From assembly GCA_937126915.1 (NCBI GenBank), contig CAKZLM010000031.1:13825-77824 (forward strand): a stretch of 64,000 bases of DNA, read 5' to 3'. Shown piece by piece: positions 49,371-62,475 of this stretch; within the stretch, counting starts at the first letter, position 1, and each line of letters opens with the position of its first letter. The position numbers and the translations under genes are program-made. Origin of the DNA: an uncultured Alphaproteobacteria bacterium. Its GTDB lineage: Bacteria > Pseudomonadota > Alphaproteobacteria > Sphingomonadales > SMXR01. The notes beneath the pieces were generated by a model. That model had not been told where the DNA came from and made no database searches. It saw only the letters and a list, made by a program, of their open reading frames with translations.

Positions 49371-49479
49371 ATGTTTGACCATTGTTTGTTGCTTTATTTA
49401 TGAGCGATTGAGTGTTATTAGACACCTGTATTAAGAAACTGAACAAGTACGTGCCACTATTGGAAGAATATTTTACCTA

Positions 49480-50211
49480 ATGGCTTTCTTTAGATTGATA
49501 TGCGTTTTGATGGTGCTAATGGCTTACGATGCAGCATCAAGGGTGTATGCCCAAGATGATGCAGTTTTGCTGTTATCAAGCGGCCTTGATTCACGTAATA
49601 AGTCTGACAGCATTGTCGGGCGTTATTCTGAAAAGGTTTTTGAAAAAGCTGGGGTCGCAACCAGTCGTTGGTGGTTGAACTGGGACGAGCAAATCGAGTT
49701 TCTTAAACGCAATGTGCGCCCTGGCTGTGGCTATTATTATATTAAAACCCCTGAACGCGAAAAGTTCCTAAAATTTACCCAGGCCATTGGTCACTCTAGG
49801 GGCTATGTGATTGTTGCTCTGAAAGATGATGAAGAAATCGCTGCAGCAAAGTCTTTGGCAGATTTGATAAGTGCTGGTTTTACGGGTATTTATCCTCGTG
49901 GATCTGCATACAATAAACCTCTAAAATCTATTGTTGAAGAAAACTTAACGTCGGTAAGTCTTTCCACACAGCGCATGACCCGCATGATATATGATCAACA
50001 ATATGATTTTGTCATCATGGCGAGATCATTCGCGGATCACATTGAAGGGTGGGATGAGTTTTCTAAGAAACTAGTCATGTATAGCCATCTTGAAGAAATA
50101 AAACAGGGCCCAGCCTTCCACATTGCCTGTTCAAAGAGGGTCACTGATGAATTGATTGATAATCTCAATAAGGTCATTTCTGAAATAGGCCCTGTCAACT
50201 GGTCAGAGTAA
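49480..50211 (+). CDS. secreted protein with family-3 solute-binding (type 2 periplasmic-binding fold) features; orphan
   Basis: Signal peptide ending VYA-QDD. KTPEREKFLKFTQAIG...VIVALKDD resembles the SBP_bac_3 'T-x-ER-x-x-x-x-F(S/T)' block. There are no transporter genes nearby. Confidence 0.5.
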   Translation: MAFFRLICVLMVLMAYDAASRVYAQDDAVLLLSSGLDSRNKSDSIVGRYSEKVFEKAGVATSRWWLNWDEQIEFLKRNVRPGCGYYYIKTPEREKFLKFTQAIGHSRGYVIVALKDDEEIAAAKSLADLISAGFTGIYPRGSAYNKPLKSIVEENLTSVSLSTQRMTRMIYDQQYDFVIMARSFADHIEGWDEFSKKLVMYSHLEEIKQGPAFHIACSKRVTDELIDNLNKVISEIGPVNWSE

Positions 50212-50222
50212 AGTATCCCTGA

Positions 50223-51179
50223 TCATGACCTTGGGTGAGCTTTGTCGTAAATTGATAATAAACCTTCACTATCCACATCGGTATAATGTTGGGTTGACTT
50301 TAGGCTAGCATGGCCCAACAATTCTTGAATGGTGCGTAAATCACCACCTGCTGCTAAAAGGTGCGTGGCAAAACTGTGCCTCAGGGCATGCGGCGTGGCG
50401 CTTTCGGGCAGACCAAGGCTTTTGCGCACTTTCTCCATCGCCTTTTGTATAATACGCGGATTTAACCGCTTGCCCTGAACACCCACAAACAAAGGGTCGT
50501 CTTTCTTAAGGGGGAAGGGACACAGGTCTTGGTAGCGTGTAATGGCTCTTATCACCTGTGGCAAGAGCGGCACCAAGCGTTCTTTGTTGCGTTTACCGCG
50601 AATGCGCATACTGTCGCCTTTTGGCGCTTGGCTTTGGTTCAGGGACAAGGCCTCGCTGATGCGCAACCCACAGCCATAAAGCAGGGTCACCACCGCTACA
50701 TCGCGGGCCACCACCCAATCCTGCGTTTCAAAGGCAGAAATATTATCCATCACATCAAGGCTGTCGTTGGGGGATAGCGGGCGTGGAAGGCTTTTATCCA
50801 ATTTGGGCGCGCTGACATTATGAAGGTGGGTGTTTTTCACACCCTCGGACAAATCCAAATAACGAAAAAAACTGCGCAGTGATGAAAGTGCCCGCGCCAC
50901 TGATCGGGCTGACACACCAGCGCGGCGGCGCTCGGCTAAAAAGGCGCGAAAGTCACGCACTTTCAATTTTTCCAAATCGTGTTTTGTGGGGCTTTCGCCT
51001 AAATAGCTGTTTAAAAACTGAAAGAAAAATCTGAGATCGCGCTCATAAGCCGCCACAGTATGGGCAGAATAGCGCCGTTCTGAGGTGAGAAAGGTTAAAA
51101 AGCCAACCACAAGACCTTGCACAGCTTTATTGCTATCCAGCAAAAGGGCAAGGTCACTTTGCTCGGTTGTTGTTGGCAT
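50223..51179 (-). CDS. xerC: site-specific tyrosine recombinase XerC
   Basis: N-terminal SAM-like domain (FLTFLTSERRYSAHTVAAYERDL). Catalytic R...HALRHSFATHLL...GHASLKSTQHYT with Tyr. It is divergent from priA. GGGGA lies before the ATG at 51179. XerC versus XerD cannot be settled without a tree. Confidence 0.8.
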   Translation of the reverse strand: MPTTTEQSDLALLLDSNKAVQGLVVGFLTFLTSERRYSAHTVAAYERDLRFFFQFLNSYLGESPTKHDLEKLKVRDFRAFLAERRRAGVSARSVARALSSLRSFFRYLDLSEGVKNTHLHNVSAPKLDKSLPRPLSPNDSLDVMDNISAFETQDWVVARDVAVVTLLYGCGLRISEALSLNQSQAPKGDSMRIRGKRNKERLVPLLPQVIRAITRYQDLCPFPLKKDDPLFVGVQGKRLNPRIIQKAMEKVRKSLGLPESATPHALRHSFATHLLAAGGDLRTIQELLGHASLKSTQHYTDVDSEGLLSIYDKAHPRS

Positions 51180-51289
51180 GCTTCTTTTTCCCCAATTAAG
51201 GCACCGTCTAAACCTTTTGGCAATCTTACCCCGTGAGATGGTTAAAGGGAAGATAAGTCCTAAAAAAAAGACAAAACGCATTGTGTGAG

Positions 51290-51337
51290 GACATAAGCAC
51301 TTTTTCAAAATAAATATTCTGAAAAAGTGCTTATGTC
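51290..51337. promoter_or_regulatory. 18-bp perfect inverted repeat in the xerC-priA divergent intergenic region
   Basis: GACATAAGCACTTTTTCA (51290-51307) is the exact reverse complement of TGAAAAAGTGCTTATGTC (51320-51337). The spacer is the 12-nt AT-rich AAATAAATATTC. Confidence 0.5.
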
Positions 51338-51419
51338 AATTTTATTGTCTTCTCACAAAAGCTGGTGATTGCCCTTTAGGATTAACCGCATTAAGGTCGC
51401 CCTTAAAGGGGATGAAAAC

Positions 51420-53684
51420 ATGCAGCTTGATGCGTTCCAAAAACAGGATCCAGATCAACAAAGCGACAGCTTTGAGGGTCAGCATCGCGTGGCTGTTTTA
51501 TTGCCAATGCCGTTAAAAGGTCCACTTGATTATCGTGTTGATGGCGACTGCCCGCCTCTTGGCAGTTTTGTTTGGGTCAAGGTGGGTGGCAAGGTGTCTC
51601 CTGGCGTGGTGTGGGATCTACCGGAGGAAATCTCTGGGGCAGAAGAAAACGCAACCTCTAAAACTAAACAATATCCGCTTCATAAATTAAAATTGATAGA
51701 AAATATCATTGATGTGCCGCCGATGCGGGATGATTTACGCCAAACCATCGACTTTGTGGCGCATTATACTCTTAGTGACCCGGGGTTGGTGCTACGTATG
51801 GCTCTTAGTACCCGTCAGGCCTTTAAGGCAACACCGATCAAAATGGTTTATTTTGCTGGTGGTGAAATTCCTGAACGCCTAACGCCGCCGCGCCAACGCG
51901 CGCTGGATGCGGTTAAAGGTCATGGCGCTATGACCGTTCGTCAGATTGCTGATGTGGCTGGTGTTGGTGAAGGGGTTGTGCGCGGCCTTATTAGCTGTGG
52001 CACTCTTGTAGGTATTGAACAAGGCGTTGATAAAAAATACCAGCAGCCAAAAGTGACGGGCCAATGGCCCACCCTCAATGATGAACAGCATCAAGCGGCA
52101 ACGGCGCTTTTGGTAAATATAAAAGAAGGTGGTTTTAAGCCAGCCTTACTTGAAGGGGTAACAGGGTCTGGTAAAACCGAGGTTTATTTTGAGGCCATTA
52201 AAGCTGTGCTTGAAAAGCCTTATCATGATGGGCAAGTGATGGTGTTGCTGCCCGAAATTGCCCTAACCAGCCAATGGTTGGATCGGTTTGAGGCGCGCTT
52301 TGGGGTCAAGCCCGTGGTTTGGCATTCCAATATGGGCACAGCAGAGCGGAGGCGCGCTTGGAAAGGTGTGGCGGAAGGTCATGCCCGTGTGGTGGTGGGG
52401 GCACGATCAGCCCTGTTTTTACCGTTTCGCGATTTGGCGCTGATCATTGTCGATGAAGAACACGACCCTAGTTTTAAACAGGAAGAAGGGGTTTTCTATC
52501 ACGCCCGTGATATGGCGGTGGTACGAGCGTCCTTTAAAAAAATTCCAATCATATTAGCCAGTGCGACACCTTCTTATGAAAGCCTGCATAATGTTGAACA
52601 AGGTAAATATCAGCATTTAACCATGCGATTACGCCATGGCGGGGCCACCCTGCCGGATGTTAGCTTGGTCGATATGCGTCTCGATCAACCACCATCAGGG
52701 CGTTGGATATCGCCCAGTTTAGAAAAGGCTTTGGCAGAGAAGTTGGAGCAAAAACAACAAGCCATGTTGTTTCTCAACAGGCGCGGTTATGCACCCTTAA
52801 CCCTATGCCGTACCTGTGGTGAGCGTTTAACCTGCCCCCATTGCACCAGTTGGTTGGTGGAGCATCGCCAGCGCGGTCAGGTGCTGTGCCATCATTGTGG
52901 TTATGGCATGCGCACCCCCGATGAATGTCCTGAGTGCCATGAGGAGGGCAGTCTTGTACCTTGCGGCCCGGGGGTTGAACGTATTGTGGAAGAGGTAGGC
53001 AATCTGTTCCCCGAAGCGCGCATCTTGTCGATGACCAGTGATACCCTGCCCACCACCGAGGAAACTTTGGCGGCTATTGATCAAATCATATCAGGCTCGG
53101 TGGATATAATTGTCGGCACCCAGATTGTGACAAAGGGTTACCACTTTCCGGGACTTACATTGGTGGGCGTGATTGATGCTGATTTGGGTCTGAAGGGCGG
53201 TGACCTTAGGGCGGGTGAACGCACATGGCAGCAATTGTCACAAGTGGCGGGGCGAGCAGGGCGTGATTCGGCCAAGGGTAACGTTTATATTCAAACCTAT
53301 CAGCCAGATCATCCTGTTAATGAGGCGCTTAAAGCGGGGGACCAGCAAGCCTTTTTAAAGGCCGATATGGAATCGCGCCAAACCCACCACATGCCACCCT
53401 TTGGACGATTGGCAGCACTGATTGTATCTGGCCCTGATGAGGGGTTGGTGATTAAAGCGGCCAGACGATTGGCAGCTACAGCACCGCATTATAAAGGTGT
53501 TGGTGTGTTAGGACCCGCCCCTGCGCCCTTGGCTTTATTGCGTGGTCAATATCGTTATCGCTTGCTGATGAAGGCTGAAGCGGGCATCGCTTTACAAAAA
53601 ATGATTCGTCAATGGCTCGAAAAAGCGGGGAAAATGGGCAAGGTTCGGGTTAAAGTTGATATTGACCCCTATAGTTTCTTTTAA
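51420..53684 (+). CDS. priA: primosomal replication-restart helicase PriA
   Basis: Walker A GVTGSGKTEVY, DEEH box IIVDEEHD, the Cys-rich zinc region (CRTCGERLTCPHC...CHHCG...CPEC), and GTQIVTKGYHFP. AAAGGGGA lies 7 nt before the ATG at 51420. Confidence 0.93.
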   Translation: MQLDAFQKQDPDQQSDSFEGQHRVAVLLPMPLKGPLDYRVDGDCPPLGSFVWVKVGGKVSPGVVWDLPEEISGAEENATSKTKQYPLHKLKLIENIIDVPPMRDDLRQTIDFVAHYTLSDPGLVLRMALSTRQAFKATPIKMVYFAGGEIPERLTPPRQRALDAVKGHGAMTVRQIADVAGVGEGVVRGLISCGTLVGIEQGVDKKYQQPKVTGQWPTLNDEQHQAATALLVNIKEGGFKPALLEGVTGSGKTEVYFEAIKAVLEKPYHDGQVMVLLPEIALTSQWLDRFEARFGVKPVVWHSNMGTAERRRAWKGVAEGHARVVVGARSALFLPFRDLALIIVDEEHDPSFKQEEGVFYHARDMAVVRASFKKIPIILASATPSYESLHNVEQGKYQHLTMRLRHGGATLPDVSLVDMRLDQPPSGRWISPSLEKALAEKLEQKQQAMLFLNRRGYAPLTLCRTCGERLTCPHCTSWLVEHRQRGQVLCHHCGYGMRTPDECPECHEEGSLVPCGPGVERIVEEVGNLFPEARILSMTSDTLPTTEETLAAIDQIISGSVDIIVGTQIVTKGYHFPGLTLVGVIDADLGLKGGDLRAGERTWQQLSQVAGRAGRDSAKGNVYIQTYQPDHPVNEALKAGDQQAFLKADMESRQTHHMPPFGRLAALIVSGPDEGLVIKAARRLAATAPHYKGVGVLGPAPAPLALLRGQYRYRLLMKAEAGIALQKMIRQWLEKAGKMGKVRVKVDIDPYSFF

Positions 53685-53926
53685 GATGGCGTTCTTGTGT
53701 GGTTTAAGAACCCGCAGAATTTAAAGGGTTCTCCCTTTCTAGAAAATAATATTTCAAGAAAATGCTAAAGCATCTTGAAACCCTTCAAAGCATGTGCTAG
53801 CAAGCGCCCGATAGCTTCATATGAGGGAAACCTCGAGGCGCATTATTTATCAAGCTTGTTTAACCGGCAAAATAAATCATTTTTACTGCGATTTAGGCTG
53901 CCACAGATCAAAAGGAACGTCGGGTC

Positions 53927-54484
53927 TTGTCTTCCAACAAAGCCATCGTGTCCGGTGTGACAGGGCGATATGCTCTCGCACTTTTTGACTTAGCATCCGA
54001 GGGAAATGCCCTTGATGCTGTCAATTCCGATCTGAATAAGCTTTCAGCACTTTTGTCCGAAAGTGAAGTATTCTCAAATATCGTCAACAGCCCTCTTTTG
54101 GGTCAGGCCGAGCAAGTTAAAGCAGTTGAAAGCGTTGTCGCTGAACTGAAGTTAGCTGACACGGTTAAAAATTTCTTGGGTGTTTTGGTGGCTAACCGTC
54201 GCTTAAACATTCTATCTGGCGCTATTACTTCTTTCGGTCGTTTGTTGGCAGATCACAATGGCGAAATTAACGCCGAAGTGACATCAGCCAAGAAGCTTAC
54301 TAAGGCTCAAACTGATGCTCTTGGTAAAAAGCTGAAAGAAATTACGGGTCAAGATGTTACATTTGAATTAAAAGTAGACGAAAGTTTACTCGGTGGACTG
54401 ATTGTTAAGGTCGGTTCTCAAATGGTTGACAGTTCATTAAAAACGAAACTTGAAAACCTCAAATTATCGATGAAAGGGGTTTAA
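53927..54484 (+). CDS. atpH: F0F1 ATP synthase subunit delta (OSCP)
   Basis: SGVTGRYALALFDLA is the typical N-terminus and GGLIVKVGSQMVDSSLKTKL the typical C-terminus. TTG start at 53927; exact start uncertain. Confidence 0.9.
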   Translation: MSSNKAIVSGVTGRYALALFDLASEGNALDAVNSDLNKLSALLSESEVFSNIVNSPLLGQAEQVKAVESVVAELKLADTVKNFLGVLVANRRLNILSGAITSFGRLLADHNGEINAEVTSAKKLTKAQTDALGKKLKEITGQDVTFELKVDESLLGGLIVKVGSQMVDSSLKTKLENLKLSMKGV

Positions 54485-56020
<1,536 letters not shown>

Positions 56021-56054
56021 GAGCTTGAACCCTTATTAATAGAGGCCAGAGCAC

Positions 56055-58405
<2,351 letters not shown>

Positions 58406-58438
58406 TTTTGACGAATTGTTAAGGAAAGGGATCCTGAT

Positions 58439-58837
58439 ATGTCCCAGGCACTGCATTTTGAATTGGTCTCGCCAGAGCGTCTTTTGATGGATGCCGACGT
58501 TGCAAGCGTTGTCGTTCCAGGCACAGATGGTGATTTCCAAGTTCTCCCAAATCATGCCCCTGTCATGTCGACCATCCGCACCGGTATCATTACCGTTGAT
58601 ATGGGTGGCGAAGTGAAAGAGCTATTCGTTAATGGCGGTTTTGCTGAAGTTAACAGCAAAGGCTTGGTTATTTTGGCGGAAGAAGCGATCGCCAAAGAAG
58701 ATATGTCTAAAGCTGATATCGAGCAACGTATTGCTAATGCAAAAGAAGATATTGCTGATGCCCAAACGGCTGAGCGTCGTCTTCATGCAGAGCAAGAGTT
58801 GGCTCATTATGAAAGCATGCTTTCTGCTTTAAACTAA
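58439..58837 (+). CDS. atpC: F0F1 ATP synthase subunit epsilon
   Basis: 132 aa. The N-terminal beta-sandwich pattern (FELVSPERLL...VVVPGTDGDFQVLPNHAP) is present, and it is the last gene of atpHAGDC. Confidence 0.93.
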   Translation: MSQALHFELVSPERLLMDADVASVVVPGTDGDFQVLPNHAPVMSTIRTGIITVDMGGEVKELFVNGGFAEVNSKGLVILAEEAIAKEDMSKADIEQRIANAKEDIADAQTAERRLHAEQELAHYESMLSALN

Positions 58838-58868
58838 GCTAAGTTTAGCTGACTAAAACACATATAAA

Positions 58869-58901
58869 AGCCCGGTACCAGATGATGGTGCCGGGCTTTT
58901 T
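58869..58901 (+). terminator. intrinsic terminator of the atp operon
   Basis: GCCCGGTAC (58870-58878) pairs with GTGCCGGGC (58888-58896), followed by TTTTTATT. Confidence 0.75.
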
Positions 58902-58943
58902 ATTGTGGTTAAACAAATGCCTTTCGGTAAAGCGTAAGACATA

Positions 58944-59915
58944 TTAATTTTTATAATGAATATGGGAGATAATCATGTTGATGGTGACACCATCTTCAGA
59001 CAAAGGCAGCATGAGGGCGTCATAGGTTTTGTATTTCTCATCGGTCCATGGCAGGGGTACGTCCTTTGCCAAATAGGGTTGACCCTTTTTAATCAACTCA
59101 AGAAAACGTATTTTAAGGGTATCGCCACCCAACATTTGTTCGACTTTATAACCCGTCGCATCATAGCCCATAAAATCAATATGTTCGCTACCCATTAGGC
59201 GAATGTCAAAGTGTGGATCACCGTCATGCCAGTGGACATTAAACAGAAAGATAAAGGATAAGATCGAAGTATGGTCTTTGGGATTAAATTGACGCCTCGA
59301 TGGAAAGCTGCTTTTGTCGGTTCGTTGATTCAGCCACCAACGGTATAAATGTTGGCCATCGGCCCATTCAATATCATTTTCATCAAAGTCAAAATGTTGA
59401 TGAGACAACACTTCTAATTCATTCTTATAAGCCATCTTTTTATCGGGCAGACTGGTGAAAATATTAATCACTTCTTGATAAACAGCCCGCTTAAAGCGAA
59501 CAATGAATCGTGGCAGATCATCCATATTAATCCAATGCCACTTGCTAAATTCGGGGTGTTCCGTTGCTATGTTGATATCACTATCTTGGCCTTTAAAGCG
59601 CATCTGGAACCAGATTTGGCGTTGACCAATATATTTACCACCCCACAGTTTATTCTGTTTTTCCGGCGGTAAATCATAGGTTACCCAATCATCCAAACTT
59701 TGAATAATCTCAACTTTATCCTTGGTGAGGCCAATCTCTTCTTCCATTTCCCTTAGAGCAGCTTCTAAGGGGCTTTCACCCTCATCAATACCGCCTTGCG
59801 GCATCTGCCAAGCACCGGGAGTGTCAATGCGCTCACCAACCCAAACTTGGCCGTGTTCATTCAACAGCATAAGCCCTACACAAGGGCGATAAAGTGACAA
59901 ATCAACATGACTCAT
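58944..59915 (-). CDS. rppH: RNA pyrophosphohydrolase RppH (Nudix) fused in frame to a C-terminal PAS_5 (DUF1457) domain
   Basis: Residues 1 to about 160 are RppH: YRPCVG, Nudix box GGIDEGESPLEAALREMEEEIGL, and EHPEFSKWHWI. Residues from about 165 to 323 carry the PAS_5 pattern: LYRWWLNQ...FPSRRQFNPKD...LFNV...FDIRLMGSEHIDFMGYDATG...MLPLSEDGVTINMII. There is no stop codon between the two halves. Confidence 0.85.
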   Translation of the reverse strand: MSHVDLSLYRPCVGLMLLNEHGQVWVGERIDTPGAWQMPQGGIDEGESPLEAALREMEEEIGLTKDKVEIIQSLDDWVTYDLPPEKQNKLWGGKYIGQRQIWFQMRFKGQDSDINIATEHPEFSKWHWINMDDLPRFIVRFKRAVYQEVINIFTSLPDKKMAYKNELEVLSHQHFDFDENDIEWADGQHLYRWWLNQRTDKSSFPSRRQFNPKDHTSILSFIFLFNVHWHDGDPHFDIRLMGSEHIDFMGYDATGYKVEQMLGGDTLKIRFLELIKKGQPYLAKDVPLPWTDEKYKTYDALMLPLSEDGVTINMIISHIHYKN

Positions 59916-59925
59916 TGTAAAACTC

Positions 59926-61002
59926 TTACCTGATAGGCTGTCGATTAGCGACAGCGGTAATGGGAACTAATTTAATGCCTTTGGAAGGCAAGCTTTGGAT
60001 CCATTGATTTAATCGACCAATGGTGATGGGATAGGGGCGACCAACCCCGACCGCGGCACCATAAGTGTTGGCAATACCCTCTAATTCATTCAATGCGCGA
60101 TCAATATCTTGTGCGGTAAGGCGTTGATCAATGTTTCTGTCATTGATGGCGCGCGGCAGGCCCGCATTTCTAGCCGCCGTGGCCGCCACAGAAAATTCAC
60201 TGGTGCGCGCATCAAGGAACATGAGACCGCGACGCTGCAGATCAATCATTAAATCTTTCATAGCGTTGCGGTTGGCGGTAAAGCGCCCACCCATATCGTT
60301 CATCACGCCTACATAGCCATTGGTGCGGCTCAGGAAATAATGCAGGTTTGATATATTGCGCTGAAATTCAAAATTGGTCACCAGGGTGCGGGGGCCGGGG
60401 TTTTCTTGGGGATAATTAACCGGTTCCATTGGGATCATCATCAGGGATTCGTGTGTGTCTTGTTTGGCATCATTCATCCATTTATCGAGATCACTGGCTT
60501 GAGCAGAGAAGGCAAAGGTCACAGCACCGGGCAGGCGTTGTATGGCCATTTCTGTTTGATTGGCCTTTAGGCCCATATCACGAATAACTATGGCTACCCG
60601 GGGGGTTTGATTGTTTGTGTTGTCAGGACGCGCATAATATTGCCACGGTTGGCGACCATTCATGGTGATGGGGATGGGCCCGTGTTCACTGTTTTCAACC
60701 AACTCAGGGTCAGCATTATTCATGGTTAGTTCAGATGGGTCTGGCTCGCTAAAGTCTTCTACTGGATTGGCGGCACCGCGATTAATGGCTCCGCTGGCAC
60801 CTTCTTCATAAACTGGACCATCATTGGGAACACTAATTTGATCAGAAAGGGCTGATTGGTTCGGGTTACTAGGATCCATAGCGGGGGTAGATGGGATTTC
60901 AGAGGGCGGTACAAGGCGCGGATCAAATTGCTGTTCCGCAGCGTAATAGACGCCGCCCGCCAGCAACCCGGTGATGAACCATAATATTAAGATCACTTTC
61001 AT
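59926..61002 (-). CDS. divergent polysaccharide deacetylase family protein (YibQ-like)
   Basis: N-terminal TM segment, then PRVAIVIRDMG, LPGAVTFAF, MIPMEP, GVMNDMGGRFT and FLDARTS. These are the YibQ/DUF610 blocks. Confidence 0.8.
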   Translation of the reverse strand: MKVILILWFITGLLAGGVYYAAEQQFDPRLVPPSEIPSTPAMDPSNPNQSALSDQISVPNDGPVYEEGASGAINRGAANPVEDFSEPDPSELTMNNADPELVENSEHGPIPITMNGRQPWQYYARPDNTNNQTPRVAIVIRDMGLKANQTEMAIQRLPGAVTFAFSAQASDLDKWMNDAKQDTHESLMMIPMEPVNYPQENPGPRTLVTNFEFQRNISNLHYFLSRTNGYVGVMNDMGGRFTANRNAMKDLMIDLQRRGLMFLDARTSEFSVAATAARNAGLPRAINDRNIDQRLTAQDIDRALNELEGIANTYGAAVGVGRPYPITIGRLNQWIQSLPSKGIKLVPITAVANRQPIR

Positions 61003-61083
61003 CGGGTCAGCGCGCCTCTCTTTATGCCAATGTACCCATTAAAGCCCTTATAGCTTCACTAAAAAAATATAAATTACAATGGG

Positions 61084-62475
61084 TTAATTGACAACCCCTT
61101 TGCCAGTTTTGGTCTTGATAACATTTTCCAGTAAATCTAAGGCATAGGTTAGCTGAGCATCTTCTGGCTGCTGGTTTTCTTCCTTGTCATCATCATTTTC
61201 TTCAGAACCAGCATTCTCTTGATCGGATGTTGGGGTGTTTCCTGATGGTGCCTCGGTGGTGGTTTCTTCTGCCTCACCATCACTGTTTTCAATGTGGCCA
61301 GCAAGGTCAGCCTCGCGGCGCACACGATACGCACCGCGGCTTCTAGGCTGTTCAATATAAATATCAGGCTCAATCCCCTTAGCCTGAATAGAGGTGCCAG
61401 CAGGGGTATAGTAACGCGCGGTGGTTAGTCGTAACACCTTGTCAACATCCAACTGGATAAGGGATTGAACAACGCCTTTACCAAAGGTTTTGTCGCCAAT
61501 GATGGTGGCACGGCGATGGTCTTGCAGGGCGCCGACAACAATCTCTGAGGCCGACGCACTACCTGCATTAACCAAAATGACGATGGGTAAGCCATTGGTG
61601 ATATCACCCGGCGTTGCATCCCAGCGGGCGTTTTCGCTAGCAACACGACCACGCATCGAAACAATTTCGCCTTTTTCTAGGAAGAAATCGGATACTTTGA
61701 CTGCTTCGTCCAAGAAACCACCGGGATTATTGCGCAAGTCAAGGATTAAGCCTTGCAGGTCATCGCCCATATCGGCTTGCATGTCTTCAATGGCACGGCG
61801 TAAATCTCGTGATAATTTTTCATTATTGAAAGTGGTCATGCGGATATAACCAATTTGATCGCGCTCAACACGGTGACTAATGGCTGAAATGGTGATGATT
61901 TGACGAATGAGGGTAACGTCAAAGGGTTCTTCTTCACCGCGACGCGCAATGGTTAGGCGAACCTCACTATCAACAGGGCCGCGCAAAAGGTCTGCAGCGG
62001 CATCAACGTCCATACCAAAGACGGCCTCGCCATCAACTTGGGTAATGAAATCGCCGGCTTTAAGGCCGGCGCGGCTGGCGGGGGTATCATCCATCGGTGC
62101 TACAATGCGTAACAAGCCTTGATCCATAACCACCTCAAGGCCGACACCACCATATTCGCCCTTTGATCTGATGCGGTTGGCTTTAAAGGCCTCGGGCCCC
62201 ATGTAACCTGAGTGGGGATCAAGGGTGTTTAGCATGCCGCGAATGGCGCCTTCTAAAAGCTCAGCTTCATCAACCTCTTCCACATATTGGCCACGCACAC
62301 GCTCATAAACATTCATCAATAATTCAAGCTGGCGAAAGGTATTTTGCTCTTTCGGACTTTTAATTTGGTCCATCTGCAGGGCAAAAGCGTCATTGCCCAC
62401 AGCCAATGTGATAAAGCTAAATGTTACACACAAGGTTAAGCTAAATGCTTTGATGGATTTGATGAAGGCTGTCAT
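61084..62475 (-). CDS. ctpA: S41-family carboxy-terminal processing peptidase
   Basis: A PDZ segment (GLKAGDFITQVDG), the catalytic GSASASEIV and TFGKGVVQS blocks, and an acidic C-terminal tail. Confidence 0.9.
   Translation of the reverse strand: MTAFIKSIKAFSLTLCVTFSFITLAVGNDAFALQMDQIKSPKEQNTFRQLELLMNVYERVRGQYVEEVDEAELLEGAIRGMLNTLDPHSGYMGPEAFKANRIRSKGEYGGVGLEVVMDQGLLRIVAPMDDTPASRAGLKAGDFITQVDGEAVFGMDVDAAADLLRGPVDSEVRLTIARRGEEEPFDVTLIRQIITISAISHRVERDQIGYIRMTTFNNEKLSRDLRRAIEDMQADMGDDLQGLILDLRNNPGGFLDEAVKVSDFFLEKGEIVSMRGRVASENARWDATPGDITNGLPIVILVNAGSASASEIVVGALQDHRRATIIGDKTFGKGVVQSLIQLDVDKVLRLTTARYYTPAGTSIQAKGIEPDIYIEQPRSRGAYRVRREADLAGHIENSDGEAEETTTEAPSGNTPTSDQENAGSEENDDDKEENQQPEDAQLTYALDLLENVIKTKTGKGVVN

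Noticed and set aside
50223-51308. Prophage or island integrase reading of the tyrosine recombinase, and the 43-codon N-terminal extension in the ORF track (51180-51308).
   Set aside because: The domain pattern and the xerC/priA/atp context fit the housekeeping Xer recombinase. There is no flanking tRNA, direct repeats or phage genes. The extension overlaps the 18-bp inverted repeat, is hydrophobic nonsense, and lacks an SD, whereas the ATG at 51179 has one.
51290-51337. dif (XerC/XerD) site next to xerC.
   Set aside because: dif is a 28-bp site with two 11-bp arms around a 6-bp spacer. Here the arms are 18 bp, exactly symmetric, and separated by 12 nt. Only a short TTATGT resemblance exists.
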